Positions 1 through 9,013 of a stretch of DNA of 64,000 bases are shown in pieces (the first letter of the stretch is position 1; the number at the start of each line of letters is the position of its first letter). The stretch covers positions 2,080,001 to 2,144,000 of the forward strand of contig OZ242260.1 of assembly GCA_965207065.1 (NCBI GenBank). The letters are read 5' to 3'. Made by a program: the position numbers and the translations under genes. The stretch is from a bacterium. Its GTDB lineage: Bacteria; UBA8248. The notes under the pieces are model-generated. The model did not search any database. It was not told the DNA's origin and saw nothing but the letters and a program-made list of their open reading frames with translations.

Positions 1-899
1 CGAAGCAGATTGATGAAACAGGCCCCGCCGTGCAGGCTGCTCAGAGCGCCTCCGATTGGATTTTCAGCATTCGTAATGCCTTGAGGGTAGGAGGCAGGCA
101 AGGCGCTGAGTTCGCCGTGACGCTGGCCACCATTGAAGTCGTCGTTCAGGTTCTGTCCATCACGGGCGTGGGTAACAAATTCGCCTATATGATTGAAACT
201 CTCGCCCAGGATATATGTCTGTTCGGCCCTGCGGCGGGCGGCGGGTGCGCGTACTATATCGGTCTCGATGGTTTCTTCGTCGCGTTGCTTCTCACGGCGG
301 TTTGTTGTGCGATATTGGGAATGGGCATGCCGACGACGGCGGCATACGTTCTGCTCGCCATTCTGGGCGGCCCCGTACTGATTAAACTCGTAGGTCCTGA
401 ACTTACGCATGTTTACGGAGCCGAATGGGTGAAGGAGTTCGTGGCCGCCAAAGGAGACCGTGTCGCCGCCCATATGTTCATCTTCTATTTCGCGATTCTC
501 TCCGCCATTACGCCGCCCGTGGCGATAGCTTCGCTCGTGGGAGCCAAACTGGCGGGCGCGTCCTATTTCCAGACGTCCATGATGTCTCTTCGCTTCGCCA
601 TCGTCGGCTTTATCGTGCCGTTTTTGTTCATGTTCGACCCGGCCCTGCTCACGTTCGGGCATCCGTTGCGCGTCGCTCTCTCCGCATCCATGACGCTCCT
701 GGGGTTCATCGCTTTTTCGGCGGGCACACAAGGCTGGCTTCTGGGGAGGCTTTATAAATACGAGCGAATTCTCTTGTTCGTCTGTTTCATCACGTTCATC
801 TTGTTCGTCATTTTCTTCAGTATCACCATGCTGGTAGCGGGCCTGGTTTGCGGCGGGATTCCGCTCATCCGGCAGATCAAGGATTACAAGCGAAACTAG
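1..899 (+). CDS. TRAP transporter fused permease (4TM/12TM, DctM-like), 5'-truncated by the window
   Basis: Polytopic membrane ORF with LGMGMPTTAAY and AHMFIFYFAILSAITPPVA motifs typical of TAXI-type TRAP fused permeases. Confidence 0.88.
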   Translation, partial: KQIDETGPAVQAAQSASDWIFSIRNALRVGGRQGAEFAVTLATIEVVVQVLSITGVGNKFAYMIETLAQDICLFGPAAGGGCAYYIGLDGFFVALLLTAVCCAILGMGMPTTAAYVLLAILGGPVLIKLVGPELTHVYGAEWVKEFVAAKGDRVAAHMFIFYFAILSAITPPVAIASLVGAKLAGASYFQTSMMSLRFAIVGFIVPFLFMFDPALLTFGHPLRVALSASMTLLGFIAFSAGTQGWLLGRLYKYERILLFVCFITFILFVIFFSITMLVAGLVCGGIPLIRQIKDYKRN

Positions 900-938
900 T
901 CCCAACAATAATTCGCTCTTCTTCCTGAGAGGGTATCA

Positions 939-2180
939 ATGCTTTTTCATAAACAACGCGCGCTCGAGTTCATGGAAAGGTTCGATCTCGACGCGCTGAT
1001 AGCGACCACACGTCACAACGTCTTGTATCTTTCGGGTTTTCAGGGGTGGGCGCAATACACATACGGCGACGCCACGACGGAGACTTTCGCGCTGTTTTTC
1101 CGCGATCAGGCCTCCCCGCCCGGGCTGATACTCTCCCGTCAGGATGAGACCTACTATGCCGCGACGGGATCGTGGATCGAGGACGTGAGGGGCTATGGCC
1201 CCCGTTCGGCGCTCGATATGGCGCCCGGCGAAGCGGGAGCTACCGAAGAAGAGAGGAATTACATATCTCTCATCGCCGAAGACGCCCCGCGGGAGGCGAA
1301 TTCTGTGGACGCTCTGCTCAGGATATTGAGTGAGCGGGGTTTGTCGAGCGGGAAAGTGGCGCTCGATAACGAAGGTATTCGCCCGGCTACGCGCGGTGCC
1401 CTGGAAGCGGCTCTGCCGGGTGTATCTTTTATGGATGCCTCGAGCCTGTTTCGCCTGATTCGCCTTCAAAAGACGGAAGAAGAGATCGAGCGCATGCGCG
1501 CCGCGGCGCTCTTGAACGAACAAGCCGTCATCGCGTTTCACGAGGAGATGGCCGTGGGGCGAACCGAGCGAGAAGTGGCGAGCCACTACTACCGCACCGT
1601 GGCCGCAGGAGGCGGGAAATGGAGTTGGTTCCATTTAGGGGGCGGGAGGCGTTCGGCGTCCATTTTCCCGCCGTCTGAGCGGAAATTCGAGCCTGGAGAC
1701 GGCTTTTTCTTCGATGCCGGGATGCGGCTGAACCACTACTGCGGGGATGTGGGTTGTTGCGGCTCGTTCGGGGAGCCGAACGCGGAGCGCAAGGCGCAGT
1801 GGAGCGCCATCCAGGCGGGGCTCGAGACCGCCTTTGGGGTGATCAAGGCGGGGGTGAAGCCGTCCGGGATTTTTCGCGCGGCGGTGGCGGCGGCGAAGAA
1901 ATCGGGCCTGCCGCGCTACAACGGCGCCTTCTGCGGGCACACGATAGGCATCGAGGCGCGCGAACTCCCCTATACGCTGAGCGAGCCCGTGAAGCTCGAC
2001 GATCCGTTTTTGCCTGCAAATTCAGACATTTCCCTGCCCGCGGGCGCGGTGCTCTCGGTGGAATTGCCCTCAGGCAAATTCGGGGAGGGCGGCGTGCACG
2101 CGGAATATACCGTGCTTGTCACCGAGACGGGAATGGAGCATCTGGGAGAACCTCACCGCGAACACGTCGTTATCGAGTGA
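939..2180 (+). CDS. Xaa-Pro peptidase family (M24) protein
   Basis: Creatinase-like N-terminal domain, R-x-x-KTEEEI, and D..D, GHTIG, E, E ligands of the pita-bread fold. Confidence 0.85.
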   Translation: MLFHKQRALEFMERFDLDALIATTRHNVLYLSGFQGWAQYTYGDATTETFALFFRDQASPPGLILSRQDETYYAATGSWIEDVRGYGPRSALDMAPGEAGATEEERNYISLIAEDAPREANSVDALLRILSERGLSSGKVALDNEGIRPATRGALEAALPGVSFMDASSLFRLIRLQKTEEEIERMRAAALLNEQAVIAFHEEMAVGRTEREVASHYYRTVAAGGGKWSWFHLGGGRRSASIFPPSERKFEPGDGFFFDAGMRLNHYCGDVGCCGSFGEPNAERKAQWSAIQAGLETAFGVIKAGVKPSGIFRAAVAAAKKSGLPRYNGAFCGHTIGIEARELPYTLSEPVKLDDPFLPANSDISLPAGAVLSVELPSGKFGEGGVHAEYTVLVTETGMEHLGEPHREHVVIE

Positions 2181-2307
2181 TCTGGTAAGTCGCCTGAATT
2201 CAATTATTTACGACAGACCCACCGAACCGTGTCGGTGCGCAAAACGCCCTGCATTCCACGATAGAACCGCCGATTCGCGAAATTACCGCCCATCACCCCC
2301 GCACCCG

Positions 2308-2386
2308 CCCGCAAATCCGCGCATTTGCCGTCATCGCGTGAATAGCTGTCCATGACAGAATTCTCCTGCGCCCGGATTACGCGGCG
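2308..2386. repeat. Dispersed 79-bp non-coding repeat, copy 1 (copy 2 at 63705-63783)
   Basis: Ungapped manual alignment, 10 mismatches in 79 nt. Confidence 0.85.
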
Positions 2387-2694
2387 GGACCCGGCCGCCG
2401 GAACCGGTTTTCGCATGCGCATCTGCCTGCATCCGGGCTCCGCAATTCCCCGCATTTCCCCTCGATAATTTATCGAAAAACCCGGTGAATTTATCTATAT
2501 TTATCTAATTTTTCAGAAATAAAACCCGACCGGGGAGGGTTTCCATATCCGGGAGCAAAGCGGCCGGCTCCGCCATGATACCGGAATCTCCTGAATCCGC
2601 GCGAAAGTGAAATGCGGGCAATTGCGCGCGGGTTCTTCTCGCGGGCCGGGTCGTTCGGCCTCCCGGTTCAGCCGCCCGCGTCCCTCCCCCCCTT

Positions 2695-3480
2695 CTAGAA
2701 GGCGTAGCGCAGGGAAATCCATACGCCGTGGCCGGTGAGGCGCGCGCGCGTTTCGCCGATGAGGATCGAGAGGTCGCGGTCCGGCCGCAGGACGCGGATG
2801 TTCCCCTGGGCGGTCTCCACGGCGCCCGAGTCCGTGTAGCGCCAGGCGACGTCGAGGGTGAGCCGCTCGGTGAGCGGTTTCGCGACGCCCGCCGATGCGG
2901 TCCAGGCGAGGTTGAGGCTTCGCCCGCCCGGGACGGTGGTCGTCTGCGAGAGGCCCGGAAAACGCATGAGCGTCCGGTCGATGCGCACGTACGACAGGCC
3001 CCCGCCCAGCCCGACGAACGGGCGCAGGCCGCCGAATCGCGGGAGGTCCAGGTAAGCCGTCAGGATGAGCGAGGTTGCCGAGAGGTCGGCGGTGACGGAC
3101 TGGCTGCCCGGGGTCCCGCGGTAGTTGGCGTCGCCCTCGAAGGCGAGCTCGGGGTGGTGCGCGAGGGCGGCCTCGAGACGCAGGGTGGGCGTGAGGACGC
3201 GGCCCAGGCCGAGGGAGAAGCCCGCCCCGGCGCCGAAGTCGCCCACCGTCTGCGTCGGTTTTCCGTCGATCCCGGTTACGTCGCCGTAGAGGGCGGCGAC
3301 GTCCTCGCGCGTGGGGTCGGCGTCGCGAAAGCGCGTTTCCAGCGTCCGGTCGACGCCCAGGGCGGCGCGGACGTAGAACCCTTCCGCCCCGGCGGAGACG
3401 CAGGAAAACAGAAGCGCCGCCATGAGGAGCGGGAGAATCAACCACCGCCTCGGAGCGGCGGCGGGGGTGCGGTTTGGCAT
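2695..3480 (-). CDS. Outer-membrane beta-barrel protein (OmpA-like TM / opacity-porin type)
   Basis: Signal peptide, GFYVRAALG, RPFVGLGGG, LDVAWRY, C-terminal LRYAF Bam signal; start placed at ATG 3480. Confidence 0.8.
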   Translation of the reverse strand: MPNRTPAAAPRRWLILPLLMAALLFSCVSAGAEGFYVRAALGVDRTLETRFRDADPTREDVAALYGDVTGIDGKPTQTVGDFGAGAGFSLGLGRVLTPTLRLEAALAHHPELAFEGDANYRGTPGSQSVTADLSATSLILTAYLDLPRFGGLRPFVGLGGGLSYVRIDRTLMRFPGLSQTTTVPGGRSLNLAWTASAGVAKPLTERLTLDVAWRYTDSGAVETAQGNIRVLRPDRDLSILIGETRARLTGHGVWISLRYAF

Positions 3481-3623
3481 GGGAGTTCCCCTCGGGCGCG
3501 AAGGGTTTGCGCGCGGCCCCGGGGGGCCGCCCTCTTTCGGAAACCTATTACGGACTCCGCCGCCCGTCAATCCGGAGAGGAGCCGCGCGGGGATGCGTGG
3601 TTCTTGAGAAAGCCCCCCTTGTC

Positions 3624-5143
3624 GGGTCTGTTGAAAAACCCCCGGCATTGTGATTGGGTGTAAGGACACTATCTCGCCCGAGATGGGAGTTCCCTCGATG
3701 ATAGGCAGCAAGAGGCGCGAGCAGATGGATTTGTTCGTGGCGGGCTCGCTGGATCGGCTGATCCCCGAGGATCACGTTCTGTACCGCGTGCATCAGGTGC
3801 TGGATTTGAGTTGGCTTCGGGAGGAGGTGGCGGATTGCTATTGCGCGGACAACGGTCGTCCGGGGATCGACCCGGAGGTGGCGGTTCGCCTGATGCTGGC
3901 GGGTCTTCTGCTGGGCTACGTTCACGACCGCCGTCTGCTTCGCGAGGCGCGGGCGCACCTGGCGATCCGGTGGTTCATCGGGTACGGGCTGCACGAGGAG
4001 TTGCCGGACCATTCGAGCCTGACGCGGATTCGTCAGCGCTGGGGGGAGGCGCGCTTCCGGGCGATATTCCGCCGGACGGTGCAGGCGTGCCTGGAGGCGA
4101 AGGTGGCGAAGGGGGAGGTGGTTCACGTGGACGCTTCCCTGATCCGTGCGGACGTGAGCTGGGAGAGTCTGGCGGCGCACCACGCGGACGAGGTGATTCG
4201 GGAGAATCCCGTGGAGGATAAGCCTGAGAAGAAGGGGCGTGGCCGCGGCGGCGGGGGACCGGTGAGCCGGACGGACCCCGACGCGCGGCTTGCGCGCAAG
4301 AGCGCGCGGGCGAGGTTCGAGCCGAGCTACAAGCACCACGCGGTGGTGGACGATGAGGGGGGTGTGGTTCTCGACGTGTCGGTGACGGAGGGGACGCTGA
4401 ACGAGCGGGAGATGATGGCGTCCCATATAGAGGCGGTAAGCGAGTTGTCGGGCCGCGCGCCGGAGATGGTGACGGCGGATTCGGGGTATGCGTATTCGAA
4501 GGTGTACGCGGCATTGGAGGGTCGGGGCGTGTCCGCGCTCATCCCGGCGAAGAAAGAACCCTCGCAGAGCCGGGTTCCGTTGCGGCTGTTCCGCTACGAT
4601 GCGCGCCACGGGATCGTGAAGTGTCCGGGTGGCAAGACGCTGCGTCCCCGGCGGAGCGAGGAGCGGGGGCGCTACTATGGTTCGAGGACGCGGGATTGCG
4701 CGGGCTGCGCGCTCAGGTCCGATTGTCTGCCGAAGTCGCAAACGAGCAAGGAGGTTTTGATTCCCAACGAGTACCCGGCGCTGTTGCGCGCGCGCCGGCG
4801 CCATGCGCGGTGGGGAGGGGACGAGCGCCGGCTGTGGCGTCGGCACATGGGGCGCTCGGAGGGTTATCACGGGGAAGCGAAGAGTTGGCACGGACTGGGG
4901 CGGGCGATGCGCCGCGGTCTGGAGAACGTGCGGATCCAGTCCTACCTGACGGCGATGGCGGTGAACCTCAAGCGGCTGGCCGCCGCCCTTGCGGCGCGTA
5001 TATTCGCCCTGTGGAGGGCCTGTGCCGCCCGGAAACGCCGTCTGCGCGCACATGGCGCCCTCACGCGCCGATGGGGCTCCCTCTCCGCCGCCGCGTGAAC
5101 CGCCATACCGCCCGCTTCAAAAACGGAGTTTTTCAACAGGCCC
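3624..5143 (+). mobile_element. IS1182-family insertion sequence
   Basis: TIRs GGGTCTGTTGAAAAACCCC / GGAGTTTTTCAACAGGCCC; flanking direct repeat TTGTC at 3619-3623 and 5144-5148; encloses a transposase. Confidence 0.92.
3698..5098 (+). CDS. IS1182-family DDE transposase
   Basis: DUF772-like GRPGIDP segment, VHVDAS, TADSGY, Cys ribbon (CPGG..CAGC..C), RSEGYHGEAK..HGL. Confidence 0.92.
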   Translation: MIGSKRREQMDLFVAGSLDRLIPEDHVLYRVHQVLDLSWLREEVADCYCADNGRPGIDPEVAVRLMLAGLLLGYVHDRRLLREARAHLAIRWFIGYGLHEELPDHSSLTRIRQRWGEARFRAIFRRTVQACLEAKVAKGEVVHVDASLIRADVSWESLAAHHADEVIRENPVEDKPEKKGRGRGGGGPVSRTDPDARLARKSARARFEPSYKHHAVVDDEGGVVLDVSVTEGTLNEREMMASHIEAVSELSGRAPEMVTADSGYAYSKVYAALEGRGVSALIPAKKEPSQSRVPLRLFRYDARHGIVKCPGGKTLRPRRSEERGRYYGSRTRDCAGCALRSDCLPKSQTSKEVLIPNEYPALLRARRRHARWGGDERRLWRRHMGRSEGYHGEAKSWHGLGRAMRRGLENVRIQSYLTAMAVNLKRLAAALAARIFALWRACAARKRRLRAHGALTRRWGSLSAAA

Positions 5144-5252
5144 TTGTCGGGGGGGCTTTCTCAACAATCCTTCAAGAACGACTCTGCTTGCCCGCTCCGC
5201 GCGGATGGGCGATAGTCGACCTCTCTTTGCTCCACGAGGCGAAAAATAATAA

Positions 5253-5286
5253 AGCAATATGCTTGTATAAATATAAGCATATTGCT
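5253..5286. promoter_or_regulatory. Palindromic operator of the toxin-antitoxin operon
   Basis: Perfect 12-bp arms AGCAATATGCTT / AAGCATATTGCT, 10-nt spacer, in AT-rich DNA just upstream of the toxin ATG. Confidence 0.65.
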
Positions 5287-5310
5287 ATATTTTATGGGGC
5301 GGAGAGCGTA

Positions 5311-5571
5311 ATGTACAAGTTGACGTTCAAGCGGCAGGCCATCAAGGCCCTGCGCAAAATGTCTGCTCGGGAGGCCTTGCATATTCGCCGCGAGTTGGAC
5401 GAGTTGGCGGAAAGCCCCGACAGGCGGGACTCGGATGTCAGACCTTTAAGAGGACGCTCCGGTTTCAGATTGCGCGTTGGTGAGATGCGAATCATTTTCG
5501 AGCGAGACGACGATGCCCGCATCATCGACGTGTTGCGCATCGCTCCGCGTGGTCAGGCTTACAAGCGATAG
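5311..5571 (+). CDS. Type II toxin, RelE/ParE family
   Basis: 86 aa; MYKLTF..A.KAL, PLRG..GFRLRVGEMRIIF, IAPRG.AY. Confidence 0.88.
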   Translation: MYKLTFKRQAIKALRKMSAREALHIRRELDELAESPDRRDSDVRPLRGRSGFRLRVGEMRIIFERDDDARIIDVLRIAPRGQAYKR

Positions 5572-5579
5572 GAGAAGTC

Positions 5580-5951
5580 ATGAGCAAGACGCAAGTCATT
5601 CTGGACGAGGGTGGCCGGCCCGCATTCGCCGTCATCCCGTGGCGTGATTATGAGCGTCTCTCGGGCGAAGACGCCGAGGCGCCCCTGAGCGATGAGGCGC
5701 TTTATGATCAGGCCAAAGCGGAGGGAGGCGAGTCCTTTCCAGCTGGGGTCGCGGACCGCCTTCTGGCCGGTGAAAACCCGATCCGCGTGTACCGGGATCA
5801 TCGCGGCATGACGCAGGGTGATCTGGCCGCCGCAGCCGGCATCCACCCGGTCTACATCTCCCAAATCGAGACGGGCAGGCGCACGGGCTCGACGAGAACG
5901 CTGGCCGCCATCGCCGAAGCGCTCGGCGTAACCGTGGACGACCTGATCTAG
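5580..5951 (+). CDS. XRE-family HTH antitoxin
   Basis: PAFAVIPWRDYE N-terminus plus Cro/C1 HTH (RGMTQGDLA...YISQIETG); directly follows the toxin. Confidence 0.85.
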   Translation: MSKTQVILDEGGRPAFAVIPWRDYERLSGEDAEAPLSDEALYDQAKAEGGESFPAGVADRLLAGENPIRVYRDHRGMTQGDLAAAAGIHPVYISQIETGRRTGSTRTLAAIAEALGVTVDDLI

Positions 5952-5985
5952 GGGTAGGGGGGGTTGGTTCTTACGAGGGAGGTCG
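5951..5985. repeat. Fragment of the G/C-run repeat found in the MITE-like elements
   Basis: GGGGTAGGGGGGGTTGGTT matches the reverse complement of 10582-10600. Confidence 0.5.
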
Positions 5986-6348
5986 GGGATTCGCGCGAAA
6001 GCGGTCTTCCCGCTAAAGGCAATGTCCCCTGAGGAGGTGTTTTCCAAAAACGCCTCGCGAACGACCCATATTCACGAACATTTCTGCATAATGTTTGGTG
6101 AACAAAATCACAATAAGCGACCTCCCCGACTACTCCGTCTTCTTTAGGGAAGGCTGGAGAGGACCCCTTGGGTCCTTGTCATCGGGGAGGAACCTTTAGA
6201 CCATTGAGCGACAATATACTTCACCCGGCTGACGAGTTCTAAAATAGGGGCGTTCGTGAACGCCACTGCTTGCCCGGCGCGCGCCGATGGGCGATATTCA
6301 CCGCTTTGTGCGGTGCGGATAATTTTTTAAGAGAAAGGACCAAAGACG

Positions 6349-7065
6349 ATGACGTATTTCTACAAGACGGACGAGATGGAAAAGAACCTCGCGGGCGCGG
6401 CATACAGCTCGGCGGCGGGCGCATGGGTCACGGGCGAGCGGCTCATCTTCGGGAAGATGCGCATGCCCGCCGGCACGCGCTCGAGCGCGCACGCCCACGC
6501 GAACGAGCAGTTCGGCTATTGCCTGGCGGGCAGCACCCGCCTGAACATCGAGGGCGACGAGCGGGTCCTGACGCCCGGCCACATCGCCTACCGGCCCGCG
6601 AACGCCGTGCACGCGGCCGAGGTGCTGGGCGAGGTGGACTACGAGTTCATCGTGGCGAAAGACACCGCCACCACCATCGAGGGCACGCCTACGGAGATGA
6701 AAAAAACCGAAGAGCACGTCCCTTATTTCTACGACACCGAGGCGATGGAAAAAGGCCTGGCGGGCGAGGCCTACAGCCCGACCGAGGGCGCCTGGGTGAC
6801 GGGCGAGCGAATCATTTTCGGGAAAATGCGCATCCCGCCGGGCGGTATTGCCGAGCCGCATTCACACCCCAACGAGCAGTTCGCCATCGTCCTGTCGGGC
6901 GCCGCGCGCGCGACCATCGGCGGCGAGACCGAAACCGTCACCGCGGGCGACATCGTCCACATGCCGGCCGACGTCGTCCACTCTGTCGCAATCCTGGGCG
7001 ATGAGGACTACGTCTTCGTGACGGCCAAGGACACCTCCTGGGGCATTCAGGGGATCAAGGCGTAG
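6349..7065 (+). CDS. Bicupin (two tandem cupin domains)
   Basis: Two repeats with HxHxNEQ and H motifs. Confidence 0.85.
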   Translation: MTYFYKTDEMEKNLAGAAYSSAAGAWVTGERLIFGKMRMPAGTRSSAHAHANEQFGYCLAGSTRLNIEGDERVLTPGHIAYRPANAVHAAEVLGEVDYEFIVAKDTATTIEGTPTEMKKTEEHVPYFYDTEAMEKGLAGEAYSPTEGAWVTGERIIFGKMRIPPGGIAEPHSHPNEQFAIVLSGAARATIGGETETVTAGDIVHMPADVVHSVAILGDEDYVFVTAKDTSWGIQGIKA

Positions 7066-7075
7066 GGGGAAGAAC

Positions 7076-8671
7076 ATGAAGTTCAAGAGCGCCACAATCA
7101 AGCACTTTAAACGTTTCACGAATTTGACCGTTCAGGGCATCCCTAAAACAGCTCGGCTGATCATGCTCGCAGGCCCGAACGGATGTGGTAAGTCGTCTTT
7201 TTTTGATGCGCTTCATACTTGGTATAACTGGGATGCCGGAAAGAATCCATCTTGGGAAATGGATTACCACGGTAAGGCTGGTTCACCTCATCGAAATCAA
7301 CTAACGGACGATGTCCAATCTGATTTTCACGATCCTTTACCTGAAGAACATAAAAAAATTCTCTATGTTAGATCAGCATATAGAAACGATCCTGAATTTC
7401 AAATTCAACAATTCAGACGAACTGGAAATTTGCTTGACGAGAATCGTATCTCACGCATGATCGATAATGATGCGACCGTTGCCCGGAATTTTGAAAGGTT
7501 AATTAGCCAAACGCTTGAAGACCTCTTTGAGCCTGAAGACGGATCAAAGACATTGGATAAATTTAAAGAGGAGATCATAGGAGATATCAGAACTGCGTTC
7601 TCTAAGCTGTTTCCTGATTTAGAACTCAATAGTCTTGGAAACCCTTTGGAGGATGGAACCTTTCGATTCACAAAGGGGACGAGCAAGGGTTTTTCATTCA
7701 AAAACCTCTCAGGCGGTGAAAAAGCCGTATTCGATCTGATACTCGATCTTGTAGTCGCCAAACGCGCTTACGACGATACTCTATTCTGTATCGACGAGCC
7801 TGAGTCACACATGAACGCTCGCCTTCAAGCTAAACTTCTGTCCGTGATCTACGACCTCATACCGGAAAACTGTCAATTGATGTTGGCGACCCACTCCATA
7901 GGAATGATGCGCCGAGCGCAAGAAATAGATAGGGAAAATCCGGGGAGTGTGGTGTTTTTGGATTTCGGCGATCATGACTTCGACAAATCACAAGTTATCG
8001 AGCCGACAATACCAAATCGTAAATTCTGGAAAAATGCCTATGATGTTGCACTTGATGATTTGGCTGCTTTGGTAGCCCCGAGTCGCGTCGTTATCTGCGA
8101 AGGTCAACCGCAGACACAGAACCCTGTTAATAATCATTCTCATGACGCACGATGCTATGAACGTATTTTCGAAAGTGAGTTTCCTGAAACACGATTTGTT
8201 TCGATGGGAAATGATAGAGAAGTTTCAGGAGATAGACACGGTTTAATGCAAGCACTTCATTCTTTAGTCGATGGTATGAGAGTGCTTCGTCTTATTGATC
8301 GAGATGATCGGACTCCCACGACAATCACTGAATTAAGAAAAGAAGGAGTCCGAGTTTTGTCGAAGCGCAATCTGGAAACCTATCTTTTCGACGATGAAGT
8401 TTTGCGGATGCTCACCGAGTCAGTAGGGCAGGGGCACAAAGCTGAAGAACTTATCGAGAAGAAACGGGTCATTCAAGCTGCTATTACCAATGGCGCGTCT
8501 GACGACCTTAAACCGGCGAGTGGGCAAATTTACAATACCTGCAAACGTGTTTTGGCTCTTACCCAATGCGGAAATAATACAAAAGAATTTATTCGAGACA
8601 CTCTTGCCCCGCTCATCAATCCAGGGATGACTGTATATGATGAATTGAAGCGGGATATTTTCGGTTCTTAG
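7076..8671 (+). CDS. ABC/AAA ATPase-TOPRIM fusion, OLD-family-like ATP-dependent nuclease
   Basis: Walker [15 protein letters not shown] signature, IDEPESH, ATHS; C-terminal ICEG...LIDRD...NLETYL TOPRIM motifs; visibly AT-richer than flanks. Confidence 0.75.
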   Translation: MKFKSATIKHFKRFTNLTVQGIPKTARLIMLAGPNGCGKSSFFDALHTWYNWDAGKNPSWEMDYHGKAGSPHRNQLTDDVQSDFHDPLPEEHKKILYVRSAYRNDPEFQIQQFRRTGNLLDENRISRMIDNDATVARNFERLISQTLEDLFEPEDGSKTLDKFKEEIIGDIRTAFSKLFPDLELNSLGNPLEDGTFRFTKGTSKGFSFKNLSGGEKAVFDLILDLVVAKRAYDDTLFCIDEPESHMNARLQAKLLSVIYDLIPENCQLMLATHSIGMMRRAQEIDRENPGSVVFLDFGDHDFDKSQVIEPTIPNRKFWKNAYDVALDDLAALVAPSRVVICEGQPQTQNPVNNHSHDARCYERIFESEFPETRFVSMGNDREVSGDRHGLMQALHSLVDGMRVLRLIDRDDRTPTTITELRKEGVRVLSKRNLETYLFDDEVLRMLTESVGQGHKAEELIEKKRVIQAAITNGASDDLKPASGQIYNTCKRVLALTQCGNNTKEFIRDTLAPLINPGMTVYDELKRDIFGS

Positions 8672-8979
8672 TCGGATTTTGGATAGCCGAAAATGTTTCT
8701 TCCCACTCGCTCGACTTTTACCTCACCAGCGCGTTTCATCGCCTGCGCGAAGTCATAATCTGCCTGGAGGCCGTACCACACCTCGGCTCCACCGCCGAAG
8801 GCTTTATCGAGGCGTATCGCCATTTCGGGCGCGATGCGGGAACGCCCGTTGATGAGGCGGGATAATCCTTTACGGCTCACGCCGAGCTTCCGCGCAGCTT
8901 CGGTTACGCTCAGGCCCAGCGGCTTCAGGCAGTCATGGCGAATGGAAGGCCCCGGATGGGGCGGGTTCTTCATAGGCAT
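8668..8979 (-). CDS. higA: HigA-family antitoxin (addiction module antidote), orphan
   Basis: [26 protein letters not shown]...PEMAIRL.KAFG...W..LQ..YD. Confidence 0.85.
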   Translation of the reverse strand: MPMKNPPHPGPSIRHDCLKPLGLSVTEAARKLGVSRKGLSRLINGRSRIAPEMAIRLDKAFGGGAEVWYGLQADYDFAQAMKRAGEVKVERVGRNIFGYPKSD

Positions 8980-9013
8980 GTCTTGTATTCCTTTCATGAT
9001 GATCTGTCAGGTG

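Noticed and set aside
3479-3697. Near-identical ATGGGAGTTCCC(C)TCG at 3479 and 3683
   Set aside because: Short, one copy lies inside the IS, and it does not match the element boundaries; probably chance
3548-5053. 501-aa minus-strand ORF and other long antisense ORFs (e.g. 14590-16359, 28429-30252, 34046-35668)
   Set aside because: Shadow frames of real genes in high-GC DNA; no recognisable motifs
4621-5310. Apparent long N-terminal extension of the RelE toxin
   Set aside because: Runs through the IS and promoter; the real start is ATG 5311 after GGAG
6071-6102. Imperfect inverted repeat TTCACGAACATT / AATGTTTGGTGAA upstream of the cupin gene
   Set aside because: Imperfect, single copy, no assignable regulator
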